Positions 1 to 10,415 of a stretch of DNA of 64,000 bases are shown here, piece after piece (the first letter of the stretch is position 1; each line of letters opens with the position of its first letter). The DNA comes from an uncultured Rhodospirillaceae bacterium (GTDB taxonomy: Bacteria > Pseudomonadota > Alphaproteobacteria > Rhodospirillales > Magnetospirillaceae). The DNA is taken from assembly GCA_903941105.1 (NCBI GenBank), contig CAJANL010000164.1, forward strand, positions 24,408 through 88,407, in the 5' to 3' direction. The translations under genes and the position numbers were made by a program. The notes beneath the pieces are model-generated. The model was not told the origin of the DNA and searched no databases. It saw nothing but the letters and a program-made list of their open reading frames with translations.

Positions 1-93
1 GTCGAGGTCGCGGCCATAGGCATCCAGCGTGTTGGCGGCGGCGCCCCGTTCCGCCGCCATCATTTCGAGGAAAGCCTCGGCGCGGCGGGACAC
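1..93 (-). CDS. xerD: site-specific tyrosine recombinase (XerD-like), first 31 codons only; the gene continues beyond the left edge
   Basis: My own translation of the minus strand from GTG 93..91 gives [31 protein letters not shown]. This matches the typical opening of XerD/XerC N-terminal domains. The GTG abuts the TAG (96..94) of the upstream gene. It is too short to appear in the ORF track. Confidence 0.5.
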   Translation of the reverse strand, partial: MSRRAEAFLEMMAAERGAAANTLDAYGRDLD

Positions 94-1932
94 CTAGACT
101 CCGTTGGCCAGCGCCGCCTCCACCGCCAGCGCCCGGGCCTCCTTGTCGAGGCCGAGCAGGCGCAGGCCGGATACCGCCCGCAGGATGGTGTCGGGATCGG
201 CCTTGTCCAGTCCGCCGTCCCCCAGCGCCACCAGGGTCAGCAGCACCGTCTCCCCCAGTTGAAGCCCTTCCGTGGCCAAGCGCAGCATGGCCTTCAGGGC
301 CGGTCGGGGCTGCGGGCCGCCGGGTCCCGCGACGGTGCTGGGGAGGGTGAGCAACCATTCCGCAGCCGGAACATGATCGCCGAGGGCCGCCAGCAGGCCC
401 AGGCCCAGCGCGCCGCGGCGCTCGGCCTGATCGGCGGGCGGGGTGCGGCCTTCGCGCCAGGCGGCGATCTCCGCCGCCGCCGGTGGCTTGTCCTCGTTGG
501 TGTCGTTGAAGCGGGCCAGCGGCCACAGCGCCGCCGCCTCCTTGGCGGTTTCGCTGTTGGCCCGCGCCGCCGTCAGCCAGCGCAAGGCCGCCTCGGGCTG
601 TCCGGCGGCATAGAGGGCGCGGGCGGCCAAGGGGGCGAACCCGGCCGGGGCGGTGTCGATCTTCCATTCGGTCAGCAGCGGGGCGTAGAGGCGGGCGGTG
701 GCGGCGAATCCGCCGCGCTCGGCGGCGAGCCTGAGGGCGCGGCCGACGATTTCGGCCTTGGCGGCCGGCTGGGCTTCCTGCCGGGCGGCGCGGTAGAGCA
801 GGGCGCGGGCCTTGGCGCCCTTGTCGGTGGCGGCCTGGGCCAGCGGTTGTTGCAGTTCGGCCGGGGTGAAGGTGACGGCGGCGTAGGCCTGGCGCAGCGC
901 CTCGGTGTCCAGCGCTCCCATCGCCTCGGCCTTCTCGGCGGCGGCGAGGCGGACCTCGGAGGGGGCGTTGGTGGCGGTGGCAAGGGCGCGCAGCACCGCC
1001 GGCTGGGTGGATTCGGCGGCGGTGGCGGGCAGCGGCAGCTTGGCCGCCTTGAAGGCGGCGAAATGGACCGGCGACGAGGCAACCAGCTTGTCGGTGCGAC
1101 CGGGTGGCAGGCCGCCCATCACTTCGGCGGCGGCGACGAAGGCGTGATCGGCATCCTTTCGATCCCGCATCAAATCGAGGGCGAGGTTGCCCTCCAGGCT
1201 GCGGCCGGCGGCCATGTGGCAGAACACCTGAACCTTGACCAGATAGGGATCGGCTCCGGCCGCCTGGGCGGTGCCCAATTCTGCGCAGGCGGCCTGCGTC
1301 TCGCCGGCCAGCAGCAGGGCATCGAGCTTGAGGCGCGACAGCGGCGCGGTCATGGCGGCGGTGGGGGCCGCCTTCAGCAGGGCGGCGAGGCCCTCCAGCT
1401 CGCCCATGGCCATCAGCGCCTCGGCGCGCAACTGCAGCAGCGGCGGTTGCTGGTCAGGTTTCTCGTCGCGCGGCAGCGCCGCCGTGGTGAGCAGCAGGCG
1501 CCGCGACAGCTGGCGCAGGGCGCGCGACGGGGTGGTGGCCGGCAGCAGCGGCAGGAAGCGGCGCACCGTCACGGTGGCGGTGCCGTCCCACATCTCGACG
1601 CCGAAGCCGCCCTGGCTGTCGTCGAGCACCCCGATGGTGTTGGGGTCGGGCGCCTTCAGGTCGTGAACCTCCACCCCCGATACCGCCCGGCCGGAACCCT
1701 TGGGCTTGGCGGCCGGCGGCGGCTGCGGTGCGTCCGGCAGCACGCCGGGCGCGGCGCGCTCGATCGTCACGGGCGGAGCCCCGGTTGTCACCTCCGGCGA
1801 TTCCACCGCCAGCGGTTCGACGGTCGGCGGCTCGACGGTGGCGGCTGCGGCGGAACCGACGGCCAGCGTCGCAGCAAGCAATCCCCGTCCCAGCAGCGCA
1901 AAGACCGGCCGATCAGCGCGGCAGTTTCTCAT
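94..1932 (-). CDS. secreted Ala/Leu-rich hypothetical protein (helical-repeat-like)
   Basis: ORF 94..2043 (-), trimmed to the ATG at 1932. The N-terminus MRNCRADRPVFALLGRGLLAATLAVGSAAA looks like a signal peptide, and the 37 codons upstream are Ser/Pro/Arg-rich. No family recognised. Confidence 0.55.
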   Translation of the reverse strand: MRNCRADRPVFALLGRGLLAATLAVGSAAAATVEPPTVEPLAVESPEVTTGAPPVTIERAAPGVLPDAPQPPPAAKPKGSGRAVSGVEVHDLKAPDPNTIGVLDDSQGGFGVEMWDGTATVTVRRFLPLLPATTPSRALRQLSRRLLLTTAALPRDEKPDQQPPLLQLRAEALMAMGELEGLAALLKAAPTAAMTAPLSRLKLDALLLAGETQAACAELGTAQAAGADPYLVKVQVFCHMAAGRSLEGNLALDLMRDRKDADHAFVAAAEVMGGLPPGRTDKLVASSPVHFAAFKAAKLPLPATAAESTQPAVLRALATATNAPSEVRLAAAEKAEAMGALDTEALRQAYAAVTFTPAELQQPLAQAATDKGAKARALLYRAARQEAQPAAKAEIVGRALRLAAERGGFAATARLYAPLLTEWKIDTAPAGFAPLAARALYAAGQPEAALRWLTAARANSETAKEAAALWPLARFNDTNEDKPPAAAEIAAWREGRTPPADQAERRGALGLGLLAALGDHVPAAEWLLTLPSTVAGPGGPQPRPALKAMLRLATEGLQLGETVLLTLVALGDGGLDKADPDTILRAVSGLRLLGLDKEARALAVEAALANGV

Positions 1933-2053
1933 CCGGAATGACCTTTTCGATGCGCGCCGAGGGCGCGGGGATGTCCCAAGTGGCGAGGAAGGCCGCGCCG
2001 CCGGCGATGACGGCGATGACGACGACGATGAAGATGCCGGCAAGCTTGCTCAT
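1913..2053 (-). CDS. small single-pass membrane protein (46 aa), candidate
   Basis: Internal ATG of ORF 1913..2164 (-) gives MSKLAGIFIVVVIAVIAGGAAFLATWDIPAPSARIEKVIPDEKLPR. It has one hydrophobic helix and genome-typical GC3 codons, and overlaps the next start by 20 nt. No clear Shine-Dalgarno. Confidence 0.4.
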   Translation of the reverse strand: MSKLAGIFIVVVIAVIAGGAAFLATWDIPAPSARIEKVIPDEKLPR

Positions 2054-2233
2054 GGTTGAACCGAGACCTCTATATGGACTGCTGGACACACCCGGGGCGG
2101 GACGGCTAAAAGCGGCGGAGGATGGCGGATCCGAAGCCGTCCGTGGAGAGTAAGAACCGACCATGGCGAATCTGGGGCAGTGTATCGGCGGCGCCGCCGA
2201 CGATCAACGTCGCAGGAAGTGGCGTCGCGCGCC

Positions 2234-2803
2234 ATGACCAAGGAGCTTGCCGCCCTGGCCGCCCGGCTGCGTCCGCTGCTCGACCGGACGGTGGTGCTGG
2301 TCGGACTGATGGGGGCGGGCAAGTCCTGTGTCGGACGACGCCTGGCCGCCCGGCTGGAGCTGGCCTTCGTCGATGCCGACGCCGAGTTCGAGTCCGCCGC
2401 CGGCTGCACCATCGCCGAGTATTTCGCCCGTCACGGCGAGCCCGACTTCCGCATCGGCGAACGCAAGGTCATCGCCCGTCTGCTGTCCGGCCCGCCGGTG
2501 ATCCTGGCCACCGGCGGCGGTGCCTTCTGCGACCCCGAAACCCGCGCCCGCATCAAGCAGGGCGGCCTGTCGGTCTGGCTGGGGGCCGATCTCGACCTGC
2601 TGGTCAAGCGCACCGCCGGGCGCGACCATCGGCCGCTGCTCAGGCAGGGCGACCCGCGCCAGATCCTGGCCGGGCTGATGGAGAAGCGCTATCCCCTCTA
2701 TGCCGAGGCCGACATCACCGTCCAGTCCACCGACGACGTTCCCGAGGTGACCGTGGCGGCGGTGATGGAAAGCCTCATCGCCCATCTGGAGCCTGGTTCA
2801 TGA
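2234..2803 (+). CDS. aroK: shikimate kinase
   Basis: ORF 2180..2803 trimmed to the ATG at 2234 (MTKELAAL). Walker A motif GLMGAGKS, then FVDADAE...FR..E and ATGGG motifs. The stop overlaps the aroB start (ATGA at 2800-2803). Confidence 0.9.
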   Translation: MTKELAALAARLRPLLDRTVVLVGLMGAGKSCVGRRLAARLELAFVDADAEFESAAGCTIAEYFARHGEPDFRIGERKVIARLLSGPPVILATGGGAFCDPETRARIKQGGLSVWLGADLDLLVKRTAGRDHRPLLRQGDPRQILAGLMEKRYPLYAEADITVQSTDDVPEVTVAAVMESLIAHLEPGS

Positions 2804-3915
2804 CCGCCTTCGAGCAGCTTACCGTCGATCTTGCCGAGCGCAGCTACGACATCCGCATCGGCCCCGGCCTGCTGGACGGCGTCGGGGCCGCCCTGGTGCC
2901 GCTGATGCAGGGCCGCCGCGCCTTCGTGGTCACCGACGACAGCGTGGCGCCGCTCTACCTGCCCCGGCTGCGCGCCAGCCTGGCGGCCGCCGGCATCGAG
3001 GCGATGGTCGAGGTGATGCCGGCCGGCGAGGGCAGCAAGGATTTCGCCCATCTCGAAGCCCTGCTCGACGCCATGCTGGCCGCCCGCGCCGAGCGCGGCA
3101 CCATGGTGGTGGCGCTGGGCGGCGGCGTCATCGGCGACCTCACCGGCTTTGCCGCGGCGGTCTTGCTGCGCGGCGTCGACTTCGTGCAGATCCCCACCAC
3201 CCTGCTGGCCCAGGTGGACAGCTCGGTGGGCGGCAAGACCGGCATCAACACCCGCCAGGGCAAGAATCTGGTCGGCGCCTTCCATCAGCCCCGGCTGGTG
3301 CTGGCCGATACCGCCGTGCTCGACACCCTGCCGCGCCGCCAGGTGCTGGCCGGCTATGCCGAGGTGGTGAAATACGGCGTCATCGACGACGAGCCGTTCT
3401 TTTCCTGGCTGGAGCGGCACGGCCCGGCGGTGGTCGCGGGCGACGAGGCGGCGCGGCGGCAGGCGGTGGCGGTGAGCTGCCGCGCCAAGGCCCGCATCGT
3501 CGCCGCCGACGAGCGTGAAGGCGGCGTCCGCGCCCTGCTGAACCTCGGCCACACCTTTGGCCACGCCCTCGAAGCCGAGACCGGGTTCTCCGACGAGATG
3601 CTGCACGGCGAGGCGGTGGCGCTGGGCATGGTGATGGCGCTGGACCTGTCGGCCCGCCTCGGTCTCGCCCCCAGGGCCGATGCCGAACGGCTGGTGCGCC
3701 ACCTCGACACCGTGGGGTTGCCCACCCGGCTGGCGGGCCACCGCGCCTGGGACGCCGGGCGGCTGCTGCACCACATGGCGGGCGACAAGAAGGTCAAGGA
3801 CGGCAAGGTGACCTTCGTGCTGGCGCGCGGTATCGGGCAAAGCTTCCTCACCCGCGAGGTCCCGGCCGAGGCGGTGGCGGCCATGCTGGGTGATTTCATC
3901 GCGACGACGAGGTGA
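2800..3915 (+). CDS. aroB: 3-dehydroquinate synthase
   Basis: Lies within ORF 2122..3915, starting at MTAFEQLTVDL. Contains GGGVIGDLTGFAAA, VDSSVGGKTGIN and LNLGHTFGHALE. 371 aa. aroK-aroB is a conserved operon pair. Confidence 0.92.
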   Translation: MTAFEQLTVDLAERSYDIRIGPGLLDGVGAALVPLMQGRRAFVVTDDSVAPLYLPRLRASLAAAGIEAMVEVMPAGEGSKDFAHLEALLDAMLAARAERGTMVVALGGGVIGDLTGFAAAVLLRGVDFVQIPTTLLAQVDSSVGGKTGINTRQGKNLVGAFHQPRLVLADTAVLDTLPRRQVLAGYAEVVKYGVIDDEPFFSWLERHGPAVVAGDEAARRQAVAVSCRAKARIVAADEREGGVRALLNLGHTFGHALEAETGFSDEMLHGEAVALGMVMALDLSARLGLAPRADAERLVRHLDTVGLPTRLAGHRAWDAGRLLHHMAGDKKVKDGKVTFVLARGIGQSFLTREVPAEAVAAMLGDFIATTR

Positions 3916-3919
3916 GGCG

Positions 3920-5203
3920 ATGGAGGACTACCTTCTCCCCTCGCTGATCGCGGTGGTGGTGCTGCAAGTCGTCGCCGCCTTCTTCGCCGGCTCCGAGACC
4001 GCGTTGACGGCGGTGTCCAAGCCGGTGATGCATCAGTTGGAACAGGACGGCAGCCGCCGGGCCCGTCTGGTCAACCGGCTGATCGGCACCCGCGACCGCC
4101 TGATCGGCGCGCTGATGCTGGGCAACAATCTGGTCAACATCCTGGCCTCCTCGCTGGCCACCGGCACCCTGGTGGGACTGTTCGGCGAGGCCGGCATCGC
4201 CTATGCCACCGCCGGCATGACGGTGATCATCGTGCTGTTCGGCGAGGTGCTGCCCAAGACCTACGCCATCTACAACGCCAACCGGGTCGCCCTGTGGGTG
4301 GCGCCGCCCATGGCGGCGGTGGTGATGCTGCTGTCGCCGGTGGTCAAGGGCATCGAGGTTTTCGTCCGGCTGGTGTTCCGCCTGTTTGGCGCCAAATACG
4401 CCACCGAGGCCTCGATCGAGAGCGCCATGATGGAATTGCGCGGTGCCATCGAGGTCCATGCCACCCAGGAGGAGGTCAAGGAGGAGCGCCGCATGATGCG
4501 CTCCATCCTGGAACTCGCCGATGTCGAGGTGGGCGAGGTGATGGTTCACCGCCGCGCCGTGGTGGCCATCGACGCCGGCCAGCCCGCTGCCGATCTGGTC
4601 GATCAGGTGTTGCGCAGCCCCTATACCCGCCTCCCGCTGTGGCGCGGCCAGCCCGACAACATCATCGGGGTGGTGCACGCCAAGGACCTGCTGCGGGCGG
4701 TGCGTGCCCTGGACGGCGACGTGGAGAGGCTCGATATCGGCGAAATCGCCTCGGACCCCTGGTTCATCCCCGAATCCACCTCGCTGCTGGAGCAGCTCAA
4801 GGCCTTTCGCGAGCGGCGCGAGCACTTCGCCCTGGTGGTGGACGAGTACGGCTCGCTGATGGGGGTGGTGACGCTGGAGGACATCCTGGAGGAGATCGTC
4901 GGCGACATCGCCGACGAGCACGACGTGGCGGTGGCCGGGGTGCGGCCGCAAGGTGACGGCAGCTTCATCGTCGACGGCTCGGTCACCCTCCGCGACCTCA
5001 ACCGCGAATACGAATGGAATCTGCCCGACGACGAGGCCACCACCGTCGCCGGGTTGGTGCTGCACGAATCCCGCCAGATTCCCGAGGTCGGCCAAGCCTT
5101 CCTGTTCTACGGCTTCCGCTTCGAAGTGCTGCGCCGCAACCGCAACCAGATCACCACCATCAAAGTCGTGCCGCCGTCCGAGGCGGCGTCGGGGGAGGGG
5201 TAA
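3920..5203 (+). CDS. CNNM/HlyC-CorC family transporter (DUF21 membrane domain, CBS pair, CorC_HlyC C-terminal domain)
   Basis: ORF 3890..5203 trimmed to the ATG at 3920 (MEDYLLPS). Shows the pattern FFAGSETALT...LGNNLVNI, a CBS-like middle region, and a C-terminal block FIVDGSVTLRDLNREYEWNLPDDEATTVAGLVL. Confidence 0.85.
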   Translation: MEDYLLPSLIAVVVLQVVAAFFAGSETALTAVSKPVMHQLEQDGSRRARLVNRLIGTRDRLIGALMLGNNLVNILASSLATGTLVGLFGEAGIAYATAGMTVIIVLFGEVLPKTYAIYNANRVALWVAPPMAAVVMLLSPVVKGIEVFVRLVFRLFGAKYATEASIESAMMELRGAIEVHATQEEVKEERRMMRSILELADVEVGEVMVHRRAVVAIDAGQPAADLVDQVLRSPYTRLPLWRGQPDNIIGVVHAKDLLRAVRALDGDVERLDIGEIASDPWFIPESTSLLEQLKAFRERREHFALVVDEYGSLMGVVTLEDILEEIVGDIADEHDVAVAGVRPQGDGSFIVDGSVTLRDLNREYEWNLPDDEATTVAGLVLHESRQIPEVGQAFLFYGFRFEVLRRNRNQITTIKVVPPSEAASGEG

Positions 5204-5369
5204 TGCCGCATCTCGATGAAGTCGACTCATCGAGATACGGTTAGGCGCAAGGCGCCGCGCGGCTCGTGCCGCGGGAGCCAAGGGTTTCGGAGAAACCCGC
5301 CCGGCACTTGAGGGCTCCGGTGATCGGTTGCGATCAACGGGATGCGGTATAAAGGGGGAGGCGAGCCTC

Positions 5370-6392
5370 CTACCGCCGTCCTGCCGCGCGGGCGATCATC
5401 ATCAGGGCGCGCGAGGTGATCTCGGCCGCCGGCATGCCGGTGGTCTTGCAGTCGGCCTCGGCGTCGAGAAGGATGTCGAGCGCCTTGCCCAGGCGGTCGG
5501 CCGGCCAGCGGCCGAGCTGGCGGCGGAAGCGGTCCACCGCCTTGAAGATCACCGGCGGCTTCAGCGCGGCCACCGCCTGCTCCGCCGATTTGCCTTGGGT
5601 CATCATCCCGGCCGCCAGATGCAGGCGCTGGAAGTGGCGCCCCACCGACCGCAGGATGGTGATGGGTGAATTGCCCTCGCCCAAGAGGCGGTCGAGCAGC
5701 CGCTGGGTACCGGCGTGGTCGCCCTCGGCCACCGCCAGTGACAGATCGTCCATGGACAGGGCCGAGGCCTCGCCGACGCAGGCGACGGCATCCTCCAGCC
5801 GCACCTTGCCGGGGCCACCCATGTAAAGCGCCAGCTTGCCCAGTTCGGCCCGGGTCAGGCGACGGTCGCCGCCCAGGTGATCGGTGAGGTAGGACATGGC
5901 GTCGGGCTCGGCCGACAGCCCGGCCGCCTTCAGCTCCTCGTGGATGACTCCGGCCAGGCTGGCGCCGCTGTCGGCGTAGCAGGCCAGGGCGGCGGCGTTG
6001 TCGGCGGCCTCGAACAGCTTGCGCAGGGACGAGCGCGGGCCGAGATCACCGCCCTCGGCCACCACCATGGCGTCGCCCTTGGGGTTGGCCAGGTAGGACG
6101 AGAACGGCGCCGTCACCCCGTCGCCGGCGTCGCGCACGATGACGGCGCGGCGGCCGCCGGTCAGGGCGATGGCCGCCGCCTCGTCGGACAGGCGGGCGGG
6201 GTCTTCCTTGAGCCGGGCGGGGGTCAGTTCGGCGATCCGGAAGGGGTCGGAGGGATCGGCGACGGCAAGCTTGACCAGGCGGTTGATCCGTTCGCGCACC
6301 AGCCCCTGATCGGGGCCATACACCAGCACGGCGCGCATGGCCGCGGGAGGCGACTTGAGGAAGGCCTCGACCTGCGAGGCCGACGGCTTCAT
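5370..6392 (-). CDS. holA: DNA polymerase III subunit delta
   Basis: 340-aa ORF with an N-terminus like MKPS..VEAFLKSPPAAMRAVLVYGPDQGLVRE. The conserved leuS-lptE-holA order supports the call. Confidence 0.85.
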   Translation of the reverse strand: MKPSASQVEAFLKSPPAAMRAVLVYGPDQGLVRERINRLVKLAVADPSDPFRIAELTPARLKEDPARLSDEAAAIALTGGRRAVIVRDAGDGVTAPFSSYLANPKGDAMVVAEGGDLGPRSSLRKLFEAADNAAALACYADSGASLAGVIHEELKAAGLSAEPDAMSYLTDHLGGDRRLTRAELGKLALYMGGPGKVRLEDAVACVGEASALSMDDLSLAVAEGDHAGTQRLLDRLLGEGNSPITILRSVGRHFQRLHLAAGMMTQGKSAEQAVAALKPPVIFKAVDRFRRQLGRWPADRLGKALDILLDAEADCKTTGMPAAEITSRALMMIARAAGRR

Positions 6393-6504
6393 TCAGGCGA
6401 GCCTTTTCGCGGGCCCTCGCCGGGCGGTCGCATCCGCGACCTTGGCCGCGGCCTCAATGGCCGCCGATGACCGGCGAACGGCTCATTGCGAGCGTCCAGC
6501 GGCT

Positions 6505-7059
6505 TCATTCCGGCCGTTCCCCCGCCTTTATCCACCGCGTCTTGCCGGCCAGCGCCAGGCCGACCCGGTTGGCGATGCGGTCGGCCAGTTCGGTGACGGC
6601 GCGGTTGGCGGCGTCGCGTTCCATGGCGACGCTGGCGTAGCGGGGGCCGAGATAATCAAAGCTGACGAGGGCTTCCTCGCTGCCGGAAACGCTGGAGCCC
6701 TGGTCCTCGTCGGAAAGGATGACGCGGGCGGTCAGCCGCATGTCGGCCATGGTGGCGTAAGTGTCCTTGCGGTAGCCGAGGCCGCCCTCGCTCTGGGTCA
6801 ATACCACCGACAGGATGTAGCGCGGGCTGGCCGGCTCGCCGGTGGGGCTGATGCGGGTCAGCAGGGCGTTGCGCAGGTCCTGGCCAAGGCGGTTTTCGAT
6901 GCCGTTGATCCGCACCCCACCCATTTCGGCCGCCACCGAGGACTGACCGCCCTGGGCGCCGCCACGGGCGTAGAGCGGCCGGAAGCCGCAGCCGGACAAA
7001 CCGGTCGCCGCCAGCACGGCGACGATAACCACCAGTCTGGATGACTTAGACCACCACAT
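6505..7059 (-). CDS. lptE: LPS-assembly lipoprotein LptE
   Basis: 184 aa with lipobox LSGC then GFRPLY. Located immediately downstream of leuS, whose stop it overlaps by 14 nt, which is the canonical leuS-lptE arrangement. Confidence 0.8.
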   Translation of the reverse strand: MWWSKSSRLVVIVAVLAATGLSGCGFRPLYARGGAQGGQSSVAAEMGGVRINGIENRLGQDLRNALLTRISPTGEPASPRYILSVVLTQSEGGLGYRKDTYATMADMRLTARVILSDEDQGSSVSGSEEALVSFDYLGPRYASVAMERDAANRAVTELADRIANRVGLALAGKTRWIKAGERPE

Positions 7060-9646
7060 TGACGATCCTGTTCGGTACCACCACCACCTTGCGGGCGGCC
7101 TTCCCCGACATTGCCGTGATCACCGGGGGTTGCGCAAGCGCCGTCTGCTCGGCGAGACCAGGGTCGCAGTCCTTGGGCAGCTCGATGGTGGCGCGCAGCT
7201 TGCCGTTGACCTGCACCGCCACGGTCACCGAATCCTCCACCAGCAGGGCGGGATCGGCCGCCGGCCAACCGGCCTCGGCCAGCAGCCCGGCGCCGCCCAG
7301 CAGGCGCCACATCTCCTCGGCGAGGTGGGGCATCATGGGGCCGATCAGGCGAGCGGCGGCCTCCAGGCCCTCGCGCAGCACCCAGCCGGCACCGGCGGAG
7401 GCGGCGGTCAGTTCGCCCAGGGCGTTGGTCATCTCGCGGATGCGCGCCACCGCCTTGTTGAAGTGGAAGCGTTCGAGATCCTCGCCCACGGTGGCGATGG
7501 TCTTGTGCACCACGCGGCGGACCCGGGCGGCCTCGTCGGACAGCTCGGGCATGGCCGAGCCCGCCTCGGCCAGCGCAAGCACCGGCTGGGCCACCATGCG
7601 CCACAGTCGGTTGACGTAGCGCCAGGCGCCATCGATGCCCGATTCGGTCCAGTCGAGGTCGCGCTCGGGCGGGCTGTCCGACAGCATGAACAGCCGGGCG
7701 GTGTCGGCGCCATAGGTGTCGATGATGTTGGCCGGATCGACCACGTTGCGCTTGGACTTGCTCATCTTCTCCGAGCGCCCCAGGCTGGCGGGGCGGCCGG
7801 TGGCGGTCTCGATCAGGCTGCCGTCCTCGGCCCTGGCCACCTCGGTGGGATAGAGCCACTGGCCCTCGGCCGATTTGTAGGTCTCATGGCAGATCATGCC
7901 CTGGGTCAGCAGGCCGGTGAACGGCTCCTTGACGTCGAGATAGCCGCAGTCCTTCAGCGCCCGGGTGAAGAAGCGCGAATACAGCAGGTGCAGCACGGCG
8001 TGCTCGATGCCGCCGATATACTGGTCCACCCCCAGCCAATAGCCGGCGGCGGCACGGTCGACGCCCTTGCTTTCCAGGGTCGGCGAGCAGAAGCGGGCGA
8101 AGTACCACGACGATTCGAAGAAGGTGTCGAAGGTGTCGGTCTCGCGCCGGGCGGCGGCGCCGCAGGTCGGGCAGGCGACGTCCTTCCAGGTGGCGTGATG
8201 GGCCAGCGGGTTGCCCGGCTTGTCGAAGCTGACATCCTCGGGCAGGCGCACCGGCAGATCGGCGGCTGGCACCGGCACGATGCCGCAGCTCGGGCAGTGG
8301 ATGATGGGGATCGGGCAGCCCCAATAGCGCTGCCGCGACACGCCCCAGTCGCGCAGGCGATAGTTCACCGTGCGGCTGCCGATGGCGTCGGCCTCGATGC
8401 GGTCGATGGCGGCGGCCTTGGCGGCCTCGACCGTCAAGCCGTCGAGGAAGCCGGAATTGATCAGGCGGCCGTCGCCGGCGAAGGCCTCGCCGCGGGCCAG
8501 TCCGGCCAGCGCCGCGTCGCGATCGGTCTCGGGCTCGACCACCTGGGTATGGCCCAGGCCGTATTTGACGGCGAAGTCGAGGTCGCGCTGGTCATGGGCC
8601 GGGCAGCCGAAGATGGCGCCGGTGCCGTAATCCATCAGCACGAAATTGGCGACGTAGACCGGAAGCATCCAGGCCGGGTCGAAGGGATGCGCGGCGCGCA
8701 GGCCGGTATCGAAGCCCTTCTTCTCGGCGGTCTCGATGGCCACTTCCGAGGTACCCATGCGATTGCACTCGGCGACGAACTCGGCCAGGGCCGGGTTGCC
8801 GGCGGCCAGCTCGGCGGCCAGCGGGTGGTTGGCCGAGATGGCGAGGAACTTGGCGCCGAACAGGGTGTCGGGGCGGGTGGTGAACACTTCGAGCCGGTCA
8901 TCGCGGCCGTTCAGCCGGAAGACCAGCCGGGCGCCCTCGGAGCGGCCGATCCAGTTCTCCTGCATCAGGCGCACCCGGTCGGGCCAGCGCTCCAGCGTCT
9001 TCAACGAATCGAGCAGGTCCTGGGCGTAGTCGGTGATCTTGAGGAACCACTGCGACAGCAGCCGCTTCTCGACCAGGGCGCCCGAGCGCCAGCCGCGGCC
9101 GTCGATGACCTGCTCGTTGGCCAGCACGGTGTTCTCGATGGGGTCCCAGTTGACCCAGGACTCCTTGCGATAGACCAGCCCGGCCTTGAGGAAGTCGAGA
9201 AACATGGCCTGTTCGTGCCGGTAATACTCCGGCTCGCAGGTGGCGATCTCGCGCGACCAGTCATAGGACAGGCCCATGGACTTCAGCTGGGTCCGCATGG
9301 CGGCGATGTTCTCGCGCGTCCACTTGGCGGGATGCGTGTTACGCTCGATGGCGGCGTTCTCGGCCGGCAGGCCAAAGGCGTCCCAGCCCATGGGATGCAG
9401 CACGTTGAAACCCTTGGCCCGCCGGTGCCGCGCCACCACGTCGCCCAGGGTGTAGTTGCGCACGTGCCCCATATGGATGCGTCCCGACGGATAGGGAAAC
9501 ATCTCCAGCACGTAGTATTTCGGCCGTGCGGGATCCTCGGTGGCGGTGAAGCAGCCGCGCTCCTCCCACGCCCGCTGCCACTTGGCCTCGGTTTCCTTGA
9601 CGTTATAACGGTCGCCGACGATGGCGGCGGGTTCCGGGCGCGACAT
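7046..9646 (-). CDS. leuS: leucine--tRNA ligase
   Basis: 866 aa with class I signatures [15 protein letters not shown] and KMSKSKRN. Leucyl-specific architecture throughout. Confidence 0.97.
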   Translation of the reverse strand: MSRPEPAAIVGDRYNVKETEAKWQRAWEERGCFTATEDPARPKYYVLEMFPYPSGRIHMGHVRNYTLGDVVARHRRAKGFNVLHPMGWDAFGLPAENAAIERNTHPAKWTRENIAAMRTQLKSMGLSYDWSREIATCEPEYYRHEQAMFLDFLKAGLVYRKESWVNWDPIENTVLANEQVIDGRGWRSGALVEKRLLSQWFLKITDYAQDLLDSLKTLERWPDRVRLMQENWIGRSEGARLVFRLNGRDDRLEVFTTRPDTLFGAKFLAISANHPLAAELAAGNPALAEFVAECNRMGTSEVAIETAEKKGFDTGLRAAHPFDPAWMLPVYVANFVLMDYGTGAIFGCPAHDQRDLDFAVKYGLGHTQVVEPETDRDAALAGLARGEAFAGDGRLINSGFLDGLTVEAAKAAAIDRIEADAIGSRTVNYRLRDWGVSRQRYWGCPIPIIHCPSCGIVPVPAADLPVRLPEDVSFDKPGNPLAHHATWKDVACPTCGAAARRETDTFDTFFESSWYFARFCSPTLESKGVDRAAAGYWLGVDQYIGGIEHAVLHLLYSRFFTRALKDCGYLDVKEPFTGLLTQGMICHETYKSAEGQWLYPTEVARAEDGSLIETATGRPASLGRSEKMSKSKRNVVDPANIIDTYGADTARLFMLSDSPPERDLDWTESGIDGAWRYVNRLWRMVAQPVLALAEAGSAMPELSDEAARVRRVVHKTIATVGEDLERFHFNKAVARIREMTNALGELTAASAGAGWVLREGLEAAARLIGPMMPHLAEEMWRLLGGAGLLAEAGWPAADPALLVEDSVTVAVQVNGKLRATIELPKDCDPGLAEQTALAQPPVITAMSGKAARKVVVVPNRIVNVVV

Positions 9647-9682
9647 CTGGGGCCGTCCGTATCTAAAGGGTGGGAAGACCGC

Positions 9683-10216
9683 CTATTGGGTCGAGACGAC
9701 GCGCAGCTGGCGTGCCCGGGTCAGGATCGAGTTCTCCAGGTCGGCCACCATCTTGGGCTCCACCTTGACGTCGGCCCACTGGCCGGTGGAGTCCTTGACC
9801 TGCTTGAACACCGAGATCTTGACGCCGTCGGCGCGCAGGGCGCGATCGAGGATGAAAACGTTGATCTTGAAGCGCTCGTTGGGCGATTCCGGCAGCTGGT
9901 ACCAGTCGGTGATGATGGTGCCGCCGAAGGCATCCGCCGCCGTCACCGGCATGAAGCCGATGGTGTCGAGCGAGGCCCGCCACAGGAAGGCATTGACGCC
10001 GATGCCGGCACCTTCGCCGCCTTCCTTCTTCTTGTCGGAGCCGAACATGCCCTCCGAGCCGAACACGGTGGCGCGCGGCTCGTTGCTCATGCGCGGGGCG
10101 CTGGCGCCGCGGTCGCGCTCGGGGTAGACCGCCTTGCCCTGGTCGCAGGCCGACAGCAGAGCGCCGGCTCCGAACAGCGTGGCCGTGATCAGGCCGGCCC
10201 GTAACGTCCTATTCAT
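9683..10216 (-). CDS. DUF3576-like lipoprotein
   Basis: ORF 9683..10417 trimmed to the ATG at 10216. MNRTLRAGLITATLFGAGALLSAC is a lipoprotein signal. The conserved core is AFLWRASLDTIGFMPVTAADAFGGTIITDWY. Confidence 0.7.
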   Translation of the reverse strand: MNRTLRAGLITATLFGAGALLSACDQGKAVYPERDRGASAPRMSNEPRATVFGSEGMFGSDKKKEGGEGAGIGVNAFLWRASLDTIGFMPVTAADAFGGTIITDWYQLPESPNERFKINVFILDRALRADGVKISVFKQVKDSTGQWADVKVEPKMVADLENSILTRARQLRVVSTQ

Positions 10217-10376
10217 ATCGTTTCTTCCCTGGCCCCATCGACGAAGCCCATGAACCCGTGTCCGCGCCCGCCCTCGGGACGGCACCATCCGAGAATGCAA
10301 CGAGAGGCCCGGCCGGAGCAAGGAGATATGGTGTAGCGGGCATCGCGCCCGGCGCCGGAGGGGGAATCCCCGGGGA

Positions 10377-10415
10377 GCCGGCCCCTCCCCCGGCGGTGCC
10401 GGGGGAGGGGCCGGC
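10377..10415. repeat. perfect 18-bp GC-rich inverted repeat with a 3-nt loop
   Basis: GCCGGCCCCTCCCCCGGC ggt GCCGGGGGAGGGGCCGGC, read directly. It lies in the 447-bp divergent intergenic region between the DUF3576 gene and porin 1, so it terminates neither flanking gene. Confidence 0.85.

Noticed and set aside
259-1941. 560-aa plus-strand ORF opposite the first large gene
   Set aside because: A mirror frame with Gly/Arg-rich low-complexity translation. The minus-strand frame has a signal peptide and abuts xerD.
7130-10204. 1024-aa ORF on the plus strand spanning the whole leuS region
   Set aside because: It is the mirror frame of leuS in a high-GC genome. The translation is Gly/Arg/Ala/His-rich with no motif, whereas the minus-strand product has unmistakable LeuRS signatures (HMGH, KMSKS).
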